From an uncultured Clostridia bacterium (lineage in GTDB: Bacteria; Bacillota; Clostridia; Christensenellales; UBA1242), in assembly GCA_937895935.1 (NCBI GenBank), contig CALBKX010000005.1, positions 1 to 63,149 on the forward strand: a stretch of DNA of 63,149 nt, given 5' to 3'. The position numbers and the translations under genes are program-made. Below the pieces are notes generated by a model, which made no database searches, had not been told where the DNA came from, and worked only from the letters and a program-made list of their open reading frames with translations. Positions 58,701 to 63,149 of this stretch are shown piece by piece. Within the stretch, counting starts at the first letter, position 1; every line of letters starts with the position of its first letter.

Positions 58701-61700
58701 TTTCTATTTTGTTGTTTTCTATAATTGTGTCAAGAGTAGAGTTTGCACTTAAACCACCAGCAATGTATTCTCCATCAACACAAACATAAAGTTGATTATT
58801 GCCAACATTATTTAAAAAGGTCAGTGATATAGTTGCCTCTTTTGTTTCGTTGCCCTGCACTCCTTTAAACTCAAACGTGTAAACACAAGGAGTGTAAACC
58901 TTTCTAATTTTGATTACATCACCGTTTAAATAACCTGAATCTAATGTAATTTCAACCCAAGAATCATTTTGATAAAATTTAAAGTCATTAATTAAATAAT
59001 TCTTGTTATTTTCTAAAACAACCCACGTTCTGTCTTTTTTTTGAATTTCAAAACGGTCAAATTTAAAATAATTTTTTGGGGTTGTTGGAGTAACATATTT
59101 GCCATCACTTGTGTAACCAGTGCTTACGTTTGATATTTCTGCAAAAGTTAATGTATACGTCCCATCTGCATTTTTTATGCAACACTCTGCAACATCAACT
59201 AACTCAACTGTGTAAGTTTTAGGTGTGTATGTGATGTTGTAAGAAAAGTTCTCGTCTTTTAAAAAGTCAATTCCATTTTCTTCAAATAAACTTAAATTTT
59301 CTGTTTTTAAAGTATAATGGCTACTTTTTGGTGCAATTGTGTGAGAAACATTACTCAAGTTTGAGTTATTTGTTGTTACACTGACTATAACATTTTGGTC
59401 GTTTGATACGTCTTTTGCAATGCTAATTGTATCCAAATAACTAAAACTATATTCTTTGGAAGATATCACTTCGCCATCAATTGTGCCGTTTGTTACTTTA
59501 ACAGTAAATTCGTGAACCTGTTCCGTAAAACTAATTTCAATTATTATCCCGTCAGAATAATAAGCCTCAATGACTGGAATGGTTATTGTGCCGTTTTCAA
59601 TGCTTACTTTAATTTTATTGTCATTTTGGGAAGAATCAAAAAGTGTGTCGTGACCTTTTTTTGTGCTACTACCATCAACAACACTATAATTACCTTTAAT
59701 TACAATGTTTGAAAGTTTTAAATATTCAGTATTGTACTTGATTTTTAATGAGCCACTATCATATTCTTGAAGGGTCGTAATTGCTCCAGAATAATCAACA
59801 TCGTTGTGCTCTGCGTCATTTAATTTATAAGAATAAGATATTTCACTATTCTTAAATAGATTTTTTGCATTATTTTCATCTGTTGCTTTAATTTGGAATT
59901 TGTTTTTTTCTTCTTGATAGTTTATGGTTATTGTAATTGCACCATCAGTTGTTCCAATTTGGTCAACCTTAAATTGAAGATTATTATCGAGATAACTAGT
60001 AACATTGTTATTGCTTAATAGTGTATTTGTATCTTCTTGTTTCAAACTGTCAAATTCAATTTTTAAAGGGGCATTATTCTTTTTTGTCCAAGAAATTGTT
60101 CCAATTGAGTCTACTGTAAGTCTGTTTTCTTCAGTTAAATTAAGAGTAAAACAATTACTACCTGTAACGAAATAATTAAATAAATCCAGTTCTCCAAACT
60201 TCAATGTTGAAAAGACTTTCTCTAATGTTTCTTTGTCAGTAACATCTGTGTCGCCATTTTTAAATTTAATGTTGACTGTGTCTATGGTTTTTTCGGCTGA
60301 AGTAACTTTGTAACTAACTTGATTGTCTGAAGTTTCTTCACCCGCCAAAACACTAACCATTATTGCACAGTAGTAGTCTGCACCACCAGTTATTCCTATA
60401 ATACCCCCGTTTATTGCTCCATTTTCATTCTTTTTGTTGTTTTGGCTTTCTCCGCTATAACCAAAATCACGAGTGTATATGATTGAGTTTAATCTATCAT
60501 TTTCCCCGGTTAAAGTTAAATAATAGGGTTGAGTGCTTGTGCTATTTTTGTCAACAATAAACAATTTTTCTGTGTAATAAAGTATAAATACGGTTTTACC
60601 TTCAACAGTTTCTGTTGATAAATCTTTTGAGCTTTTACTACCATTAGGGTCAAGAGCATAAAAACTAAGCACTTTGTTAGAGTTGTTGATAAATTTAAAT
60701 TCATAATTAACCGGCAGCACCTTCCACCAAGCATAAACAGTGCTGTTATCTACAAGGTTTGAGATGGTTGCTTCATTGTTAGATAAATCACTTGTGTTAA
60801 CCTGATCAACACCACCAACTTTCGAAGATGCAAAATCAACATCAAGCATTTTTATGTGAGTATCCTTATTTGTGTCACCGCTTAGTAAATCACCTTCGTC
60901 AAAAACTAGTTTATCATTGTAGCCGCTCTTATAACCTCCTACATCAGTTATTCTGTAAGCGGATATTATGGTATTTGCGACACTAAACCTTTCATTTTGG
61001 GAATTCCAGTCAACAGCACCATTTACTGTAACTTGCACAAGATTTAATATGTAAATGTTGATTGTACCATCAGCGGGAACAGTAACTTCTAATTCTTTTT
61101 TATCGTTCGAACACGAATCATCTTTGCCATTGTTCCCAATCAAGCGTGTGATGTTTGCTTTTTCTTCTTTATCAATTGAAAAAGTTAAATTTTCCCCAAC
61201 ACGGGCATATTCGGTTTCTATATCATTTTGAGTAATTTTACCACCCACAACAATTCCATTTCCAGCATTATTATCATTCTTCCAACTAATGTCACCTTTA
61301 CTAGTTGAACCATAAATTGTTTTTAAATTAGCCATGCGATATAAATTGGTGTTGAATCGTTCTATGCTGGAAGTGTCAAGCACATGATAATTAATTATAG
61401 GTTTTACAGTCTTGTTGCCTATTTCCAAAACAATTTTGATGTAAGTTTGCCTTGCACAATTTGCAGTAAAAGAGATGGAAGTTGAAGTTGATGAAAAGTT
61501 TTTATAATTTCTTTTATCTTGTCCATCGTTTAAAGTTAAACATATTTTTGTAATTTGATCTTTTTGATCCCATACAGGCGGGATATGGTAACTAACATAA
61601 TTTTTTCCAAATGAATTCACTTCAAAATCAAACTCATAAATTTTAATTCCAGTAACTGTTTTGTTTGTGCCTAAACTAAAAGATAATGTGTTGATTTTAC

Positions 61701-62565
61701 CTACACTCAACTCCGATGGGTTATCACTGCTAGGTGAAACATCAACACCTTCAATCAAGCAATAATAGTTATCTACACCTTTAGGTTTTTTACCACTACT
61801 TTTTGGCTGCCAGCAATTGCTTTGATTTCCACCTTTAACTTTGTAAGTTCCGTAACATCCGTATAAGTCAACATAACCACCTGCAATAATGTCATACTCG
61901 CATCCAATTTTGCTTTTGACAATTAAATCTGCAATAGTTGCAGTTGAGCTGTAACCAAAAAGAGCCTTTCCTCCTGTGATGGAATTATCCATCATTATTC
62001 CTGAAATCACGTGTCCGTTGCCGTAAAATACACCATTAAAAGGATGGCTTGAATCGTAACCAATTGGTGTCCAAATTTTTCCAGTTAGGTCAATATCAGC
62101 TTCCAAAACAATTGTGTAATTTTTTTTCTTATTACCACCACTCGAGTCTTTACCACAGAAAATACTTCCATACGTATCAGTATTTACTCGTTTCGCTAAT
62201 TCTGCCAATTGCTCCGCTGTTTTGATTATGTACACTTTGCCAATGTTCTTACCCCACATGTAATAATCATCAGTAGATAAAGTTAAACTCATTTGAGTTG
62301 CCCCAGTAGATTGGTCGTTTGAGGCATAGTCTTCCCAACGTTCTAGGTTTAGCATTCCATTTTCATCAAAAGTGTACTGTGTTTCATCTGTTTCATTTTG
62401 GCTAATTGATGAGTCAGTTGTTGATGTTTCCGTTTGAGAAACATTCTCTGCCAAAAAGTCTAAATTCTGATTGTTTGCATTCATGCTTAACAAACATACA
62501 AATGACAAAACCACCAATACTATTGGTGCTACAATTTTAATTAAATTATAACAAACCGCTTTCAT
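43726..62565 (-). CDS. Giant (6279 aa) cell-surface protein: signal peptide, GLUG/beta-helix-cap-like head, long array of MBG/YDG-type and Listeria-Bacteroides (Flg_new) repeats, a second head-like module, C-terminal TM anchor and charged cytoplasmic tail
   Basis: Single uninterrupted 18,840-nt ORF with a GGGGGG RBS 10 nt upstream of the ATG. N-terminal signal: IVAPIVLVVLSFVCLLSMNA. At least two dozen ...K.YDG... strands, e.g. NKQYDGTTAITY, GNKVYDGENKLIV, RDKEYDGTNKVFNA, ISKTYDGENSTPSW. Flg_new units: FIGWTT...TLYALW, FKYWAT...YLYAYW, FVGWSL...NVYAVW. C-terminus: LPIILIVSSCALFVIALIAVVVIIVV-KKKKK. Confidence 0.9.
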   Translation of the reverse strand: MKAVCYNLIKIVAPIVLVVLSFVCLLSMNANNQNLDFLAENVSQTETSTTDSSISQNETDETQYTFDENGMLNLERWEDYASNDQSTGATQMSLTLSTDDYYMWGKNIGKVYIIKTAEQLAELAKRVNTDTYGSIFCGKDSSGGNKKKNYTIVLEADIDLTGKIWTPIGYDSSHPFNGVFYGNGHVISGIMMDNSITGGKALFGYSSTATIADLIVKSKIGCEYDIIAGGYVDLYGCYGTYKVKGGNQSNCWQPKSSGKKPKGVDNYYCLIEGVDVSPSSDNPSELSVGKINTLSFSLGTNKTVTGIKIYEFDFEVNSFGKNYVSYHIPPVWDQKDQITKICLTLNDGQDKRNYKNFSSTSTSISFTANCARQTYIKIVLEIGNKTVKPIINYHVLDTSSIERFNTNLYRMANLKTIYGSTSKGDISWKNDNNAGNGIVVGGKITQNDIETEYARVGENLTFSIDKEEKANITRLIGNNGKDDSCSNDKKELEVTVPADGTINIYILNLVQVTVNGAVDWNSQNERFSVANTIISAYRITDVGGYKSGYNDKLVFDEGDLLSGDTNKDTHIKMLDVDFASSKVGGVDQVNTSDLSNNEATISNLVDNSTVYAWWKVLPVNYEFKFINNSNKVLSFYALDPNGSKSSKDLSTETVEGKTVFILYYTEKLFIVDKNSTSTQPYYLTLTGENDRLNSIIYTRDFGYSGESQNNKKNENGAINGGIIGITGGADYYCAIMVSVLAGEETSDNQVSYKVTSAEKTIDTVNIKFKNGDTDVTDKETLEKVFSTLKFGELDLFNYFVTGSNCFTLNLTEENRLTVDSIGTISWTKKNNAPLKIEFDSLKQEDTNTLLSNNNVTSYLDNNLQFKVDQIGTTDGAITITINYQEEKNKFQIKATDENNAKNLFKNSEISYSYKLNDAEHNDVDYSGAITTLQEYDSGSLKIKYNTEYLKLSNIVIKGNYSVVDGSSTKKGHDTLFDSSQNDNKIKVSIENGTITIPVIEAYYSDGIIIEISFTEQVHEFTVKVTNGTIDGEVISSKEYSFSYLDTISIAKDVSNDQNVIVSVTTNNSNLSNVSHTIAPKSSHYTLKTENLSLFEENGIDFLKDENFSYNITYTPKTYTVELVDVAECCIKNADGTYTLTFAEISNVSTGYTSDGKYVTPTTPKNYFKFDRFEIQKKDRTWVVLENNKNYLINDFKFYQNDSWVEITLDSGYLNGDVIKIRKVYTPCVYTFEFKGVQGNETKEATISLTFLNNVGNNQLYVCVDGEYIAGGLSANSTLDTIIENNKIETTSGDFITIKEYLSIEGYDISSFAVKIGETNIEGTSLSDILASVVNTDAILDVDVIYTGKTVTFHFKGEDNYYYGTLNGVYGTAIDFKNNFTAISKTGYILKQVSFEKDSNGENIWKDYDKDTSYIFNSYESGKISYDVYVRFESITKKVTFDGTYLPNKTNVVKDIEYNAESFTDTPVPTRAGFTFKYWATSEMNGGEPLYKIENGNITRKADKDKKYLDNPYLYAYWAIDESTFANVNESTTLTYTGSEQSVSLITFASFAGLSVKDYNIEYSNSSLTLKPTLNGSTLTVSGFKYVSDSGTISFYYSYKFDENTGAGSINFVVGDSYSKIRLDKDNNLVYVYAKIDSNGSESLFEHTITINKAQLSFGGNITKVFDGTNVVLQTLTGIQGDDSIVATYEDVNVGTNKTIKYAVSNAGVEKDTNLNDEQKSAIYEKIKGSYSFPIGSGEIKQLEIVVMLNGSISIVVDPNAEDVTIANLTVSGADSFTDSINKNYVSGIKFEGENSNAWEKLKDLINFTLKIKTSEVSEGTYSFNDQTLKLLVCDFEVSKKQGQNVNGTILNASNYICKVEGSVELKTLAENEKGFIFTAQTVEDDQVALNYVATENDNVAQSKVKKENNELTLYAQKDNWVSNPKNSFGINFEGFTGYWISSIEIFDENGTSLQNAVEFVYDSNSSCYKITITTDDTHKWYKVNIVLTNKSKVILKYALAENENIDGLTEKELEISINENFQLPTLSRTDFDFIGWTTTLDDQATKITSDTWNISQTTVTLYALWEYVGNPNLNVSDISKTYDGENSTPSWTLSSNNNSFLTYEILWKKSDSDYWFDKLELKNVNASGDYVAKLTVKAIVENAEQTFFETETTFNVTISKKEVTFANGVNKVFDGYNYLIYAFQAGDFGENNEVGINNELVGKQIKIIFADTIAGSKASGLTVLEKTDYSEEDFNIVNNYDFKLDTNNLGQIEKRKIEITLGEENSFEYTGGYFSTKAKTLTDNKGLSNEKQYNISYAEGFKVSTNFKLDSANFAFDEIYVTTKGKDYGTYSYGNGGLTLTVTFKNGVSENNFEFTLSGSITITKTILKETEVTIKTEYVYNGETQTIKTNDITFTPTIDATGKKVEIKNSDGTSFAGLKDVGEQQVIVVIKLTNYEDYEKEVTFKVTPLYVTLQNNGEYSKTYDATINVNFDKNNITIGNYFDKNGEVLSYSGDLFKDEILSNYTFAFNDKNVGENKEITYTKDSSYKNIEIKSATLKGKVQKLDVTLKIADTKVYDKNNEYFVNATQISLIASEKVFTDETMSGELKISKALAIGENKLFTLSLSEYSLNSLTMQDGKNINENYNVTDLSGSITLNKAKITVELVKNSYVYTGTTVILEYKVTIETNGEAIVIPLNSLDENEYVEVSTDAQNASTYVATVGLNSDLANSECYSLETSTLPFEITKKQIEININESQPYDGQKFTYKLENTDAVGIISGHNIVNSLQTKFNLHGKYDVNNSILVDVLNGSTIISGDNNANKLQILDKSGSNVTSNYAITLSGTLTITLATGEAEIVEKSFTYNGSSQKFNVKVTLNKGTTNEQIQLEYKSALDNSYSTDEQIKEYLTTQPEIQGFIKLYFIDASGNKVSDTQKEMDFKYASKYQAEIYSLNFNTITTGIFEIVPKTIEKSSIQGLNRNKQYDGTTAITYTDEKNKNFTSSDICSGDERYLKISAEYSGIFGEAYINFALSKVSDDYVAEKVFNSYKLSGDIIIGTIDKRDVTFTANLQNTYYYNGEALKINVIEFGVTGGLVGESFVGTISFDGIINAGTYTFEKNNQFSPKLDSLTVSGNNSSIDRYNITFAEQITIAKAVVTILSCSDNEYVYDGLGKQVKLVATISGDKGKIKSGDEGLILSATYGNGLLEAINAGDYQISPKVNDSYANNYELQSGVTVSQKLIITKRQIVIKVDESIYVNNLATETSFTYYLKNSDVQSSTSSTYDLISGHSLSGTIETNGKNVGVYTYSNASQNNTITLGEDIKIFSGTDDVTSNYVLSYELKLTIEDTLGEGEIYIVPKGTYTYNGEDQINDIKFEVRIGKANGTYETKDTSATNIYDIEDEHATPLTEVKDARTYYARINLDAKIYGLSADELRWVTFEIKKKEISTYTYNGESFTGNKVYDGENKLIVLSSDICPNDDVTITVKYENANKGAKITSIDLTGASRGNYIEKFINGTIQAKQVNLTLSSGKSVIYAGETTTEILASEFTCNTLLSGHTLSGSVTIKVKNVGSYNVKTNIEQNNLIVLDSSNQDVSSNYELIIDDSAFVEVTKKEITLTFNDGGYEYIASDILQNVIGDLSVSESTFDAEVKDVLKNNFLSIFTIKCDGLLSTEIKNAGKYTFEIKNASLSSNNFTFTIESSKNVINIAQKVASINFKNASISYQEYIKNNKKYFISNSQIFDVFADDLNALNISVTVTGTSIEANEKYTYGESGLEVTIPDTLSKNYTFTITGDLTIIVDMTSIRVENPTYEGKDVDLFDKIKVFDGEDELEKEKVNSSDKITFVSNTGYEIFAYIDKTNNIKAKVTVKVLAKKVTSIIFERDKEYDGTNKVFNASVDTELTSADFVSGDDVYAKATYGGVTKGIYQISFTLYGTENGNYELNVPISGGEIKAKVIEVQIPLSTEFVYSNLYEYTYAFNDSLTLANGDVIEQESKTITFKYASVGTNIDVANISTVNFVVKNNAGKFVTENYQFVCTGTITIIPRQFKVTLTNNSYLTYDTKEKPVSFKIEGIDSNNVLTEAEIEEIKKSILIQYTGTDKSTLVNGVVSEQQYNSETAPKNVGSYLATVSYNENNYKLAKTSSISFEITQFVFEINQDNAVGVFEVDESEIATKALTFGYDIQFAGEKNIHIIVTFENADANNNLGFHNIKVKYCDNGNFKITATDDALKNKLKITANENKTLEITLTNYKKGELKRYYGRNNIGVFDLSEFNFTCKVGDKTLLVEEIEYIALGGTVTFNSGDVADGYTLREDAVTSAYKNITISTTLTLSILKRTINLTLSDSNDYNKYFDGTTNFDKSFTLRAEPDANDLSDSFDTSLPTVTLLYGDYNVGIQDILISVSDLNNYTVVLADNIGAQGKILKREISVGFTKTSFTYGEIKAEEIDGTFVADLTDFINITDISSETLPNLSKYIGVKIKTTSSKVSTAKFLICGEYDVTYEALNSGNVNITGEKTEKITILQKEIALILLSNEGKEKTISKEQDGTTDVLVGDGERLSLNGVLSGDVVKITSANYTTATAGNDIKIEVVLAGADNGNYTVKASGNILPKNITIVYNYNKEKIVAGNIVAGKITDSYNYYSVANDIPTASHSENGYTFVGWSLNADDTTAIDFTKPLNEIFTTFSATVNVYAVWKINQFEVTVERYIYDYKIPGYKKDANFTTIILKNYAEQITLSDYSVDKDHYTYIGYKVNNEGSLLTLSNEIVNKNKTISLYYDLNKYTVTFESDVAFTNLSSNGFEYSNGNKSAVAKIYYGQTLQEFSSNVVELLNVAKIGYSLTGYKNGEITKTLEQLKTLTLEKDETFTAVFEANEYTLTLNAGENGSFSLTEYQQNAGWKVVDSSDNSKVQKKVAYDEILTNVPQATKTYYTLKCYALNSTEINLTNPFNFTENVELTAIYVDNTYKLRLNINENAIIFVKSYINNEYVKEIQKQTDEQGEFYSVSTSMKVDVIITANLGYSITKVGGADISQNSYTHTIDGFTSDVTLKVTISPNNNTIKLVTNNTSRGNVTKDNLSTSLSRELEFTALTGQTFTFEIVENEGYQLDKYTIVGSNNDKISVTLENGKYTVSGFVDNFEIQFEFVPKQVEISFEFENIEIKLDNILYTANFTKKVYVEEVISFEYTLDYGYKYVDATFTPNGSTNSGTISVNENIIKFENFTSNGTILVKTEKLNYNVCIKLAEFDETTNSVTFENLNASANLVLNGSKSTFDTSLEFEYKSQINITISDLTKGFKIQKWSCLEQNETLGQIISFGEDITVSVEKDITICLVLERELLSLKFESMNGGTVLDSTGNGATSFTENVYFGRDSKGATALVNNDFTKFEGWFKKLETGELAETPASKELQLKLKNVDTSATYIAKFKGEEINARIIIITNTKREELFVSNLQSLITYDGSLNATESYSNGQEITYKIQNLIVNDSLTFSINLPEWFEIKSVSSALLTGNKVLVDKLTPNTQDETGELFSCVVELKVKTYKIKINQNISEAISKINVREFNSKFLVSTSNDSFVVEYGGAVELEFKYNDGYMLKNITYSYSGNSTTNPIFVFENNIAKMENIYKDVTCNMELAISRFKVKFNFNYIGESFPDSNVYEYYVEYGSTDFKSQNGEIVTLPETIINPKSVINGPYSFRCWNNSITGIGLYDYYFDSDGKIFRLIDGEKVYGFIYDLSNTSTLGAIEVNLYGAWNYDKYKVNVEFAPDTCVYSGNIYNIFISTAGTYPVYENNECKYVLFAVDTPVYINAPEFNGFQFYGWKIKDSSDAITKGESKFTMPDHEITVVLYYSFEIKVEIEEPIKDKNRALVNEATVARAIVGELIDLKAIPGYGYEFDHWKVNGIIDTSLTQNCKTTAIGPCTYTAVFKVKNAIVELQNNEIATLRANKTTLNLGEMLIIYVDNIAQGYKIVTLTINDVGDVFTLSDDKTFYYHIITSDDVENSLLIIKPITGTKDYVFEYKTNYDDAGVITVNEVNAKDLTLTFNYNMKMSISTTENLRYILSHILINGVEIKAFEDADKLNFEIILNQNISFTLYENTNNIVQFVFEKLLWTDIVEEFIGEGTENNPYLILNERQLAYMQKVLNSGELDQYSTHLYFMLMADLNMEERFWIPIGTKQFPFNGTFILNDHTITGVTLEPDVTYEVLSWETKLYGVFGYITDEAELIFKISKLPIILIVSSCALFVIALIAVVVIIVVKKKKKIQKLSKKISIDTLTQVPEGKELNEDEIEKINIEKPSENIKPAKKRPPTKKQ

Positions 62566-62768
62566 TTATATTTAACCCCCCAGTGGAATTCACCACAACA
62601 AAACTTCAACCATATTTTTAGCTATAGATTTTGTTTTTCCTTTTGAGTTCATTTTTGCTATACACAAAAGCAAATTTTTTGTGCATACAAAACAAACCTT
62701 GCCTTGTTGTTTAAAAATTGCTTAAATATTTAATTAAATATTTAGTTGTAATTTTGTTTTTACACAAA

Positions 62769-62797
62769 ATTATACCAAATTTTGACATTAAACACAA
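62769..62797 (-). promoter_or_regulatory. Candidate promoter of the giant surface-protein gene
   Basis: Minus strand reads TTGTGT (62792-62797) -N17- TGgTATAAT, an extended -10 with the -10 hexamer at 62769-62774. It implies a ~200-nt 5' UTR. Confidence 0.45.
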
Positions 62798-63015
62798 ACA
62801 AAATAGACTTTTATCGCATATTTATTTTGTTTTATTTAAAAAAAATTAATTAAAAATATAAAAAATTAAAAAAATATTTTAATTATTAATAAAATTGATG
62901 TATAATGTGAAATAGAAAGTAAATTTTAAAATTGTTTTTAGAATTGTACTTTTTATGAATAGTTAAACACTAGAGCATACAAAATAAAGTAAACCTTTAT
63001 TGTCAAATCTTCGTT

Positions 63016-63149
63016 TTCCACTCCCGCAAGGCAAAAGGTGGAAAAATTTTAAAGTTTTGCGGTTGTGTGATTCAACTTTGTTGTTGAACTTGATTTATTT
63101 AACCTCTCTGTCAGTTTTGCAACTGACATCTCCCCTTGGCAGGGGAGTA
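63016..63149 (+). ncRNA. Candidate structured RNA / cis-regulatory leader, truncated by the window edge
   Basis: Interleaved stems: TTCCAC (63016-21) with GTGGAA (63038-43), and CCGCAAG (63024-30) with TTTGCGG (63056-62). Hairpins: TTCAAC/GTTGAA (63071-88), GTCAGTT/AACTGAC (63110-27), CTCCCC/GGGGAG (63130-47). The window ends in CAGGGGAGTA. Strand and identity are uncertain. Confidence 0.25.

Noticed and set aside
45142-60734. Sixteen short ORFs, mostly on the plus strand, inside the 6279-aa gene (for example 46559..46939, 56273..56635).
   Set aside because: Same reasoning: they are antisense or out-of-frame artefacts within a single uninterrupted 18.8-kb CDS.
62120-62127. A8 (Lys-Lys-Lys) run near the 5' end of the giant gene as a phase-variation switch.
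   Set aside because: The gene is in frame, runs of this length are common throughout this AT-rich window, and there is no population or strain evidence available. I noted it only as support that homopolymers are generally assembled in frame.
1-63149. Searched for CRISPR arrays, tRNA/rRNA genes, transposases, integrases, reverse transcriptase/DGR, toxin-antitoxin pairs and prophage structural genes.
   Set aside because: I found no regularly spaced direct repeats, no T-loop/acceptor-like tRNA signatures, no rRNA-like conserved blocks, and no ORFs with DDE, tyrosine-recombinase or RT motifs. This was an inspection by eye only, so short elements could have been missed.
62880-63149. The right-edge leader considered as a T-box riboswitch or as the SRP/RNase P RNA 5' end.
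   Set aside because: It has no T-box core (AAnnnGGGTGGTACCGCG-like), no specifier-loop/GA-motif arrangement, and no SRP helix-8 or RNase P P4-type conserved strings in the visible part.
1-63149. An alternative genetic code (for example TGA=Trp, Mollicutes-like), considered because of the very low GC.
   Set aside because: All conserved genes end at positions that give canonical lengths under the standard code. The ORFs, including the 6279-aa one, are complete in the supplied standard-code track.

Overview
This is a strongly AT-rich bacterial chromosomal window that uses the standard genetic code and looks Firmicutes/Clostridia-like (SCIFF peptide, spmA/spmB, Zn-type ribosomal proteins). Almost everything is transcribed on the minus strand. 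All product names come from motif recognition by eye; no database search was run.

Housekeeping core:
- A complete S10-spc-alpha ribosomal super-operon, rpsJ to rplQ (31786 down to 16148), including secY, adk, map, a small KOW protein, infA, rpmJ and rpoA.
- Upstream on the same strand: an M1-type metallopeptidase, dnaX, ybaB and recR.
- A plus-strand loader operon (DnaD/DnaB-like protein, DnaI, HD hydrolase), then spmA-spmB.

Accessory content:
- A 1259-aa DUF4011 / Upf1-like helicase / Vsr-like nuclease fusion (239..4018).
- An operon encoding a 335-aa anchored protein and a ~2175-aa secreted repeat protein (5399..13005).
- A membrane-tethered XRE regulator (13348..13950).
- An 18.8-kb gene for a 6279-aa surface protein (43726..62565).
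- A convergent 602-aa coiled-coil protein (41709..43517).
- The three large surface/coiled-coil genes together make up about 43% of the window.

Most notable points:
1. dnaX is split by an A10 run exactly at the domain III/IV boundary. The 0 frame stops 4 codons later, and the -1 frame stays open for 129 more codons that encode the tau-type C-terminus. This is either recoding by slippage or a homopolymer indel.
2. A 51-aa SCIFF ranthipeptide precursor, too short for the supplied ORF track, sits directly upstream of its radical-SAM/SPASM maturase. The pair may be co-transcribed with the membrane XRE regulator.
3. Several structured non-coding regions stand out: a near-consensus orphan promoter about 355 nt upstream of rpsJ, mutually exclusive hairpins plus direct repeats in the secY-adk spacer, a hairpin in the rpmJ-rpsM spacer, and a GC-rich pseudoknot-capable element truncated at the right edge.

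I found no rRNA, tRNA, CRISPR array, transposase or integrase.
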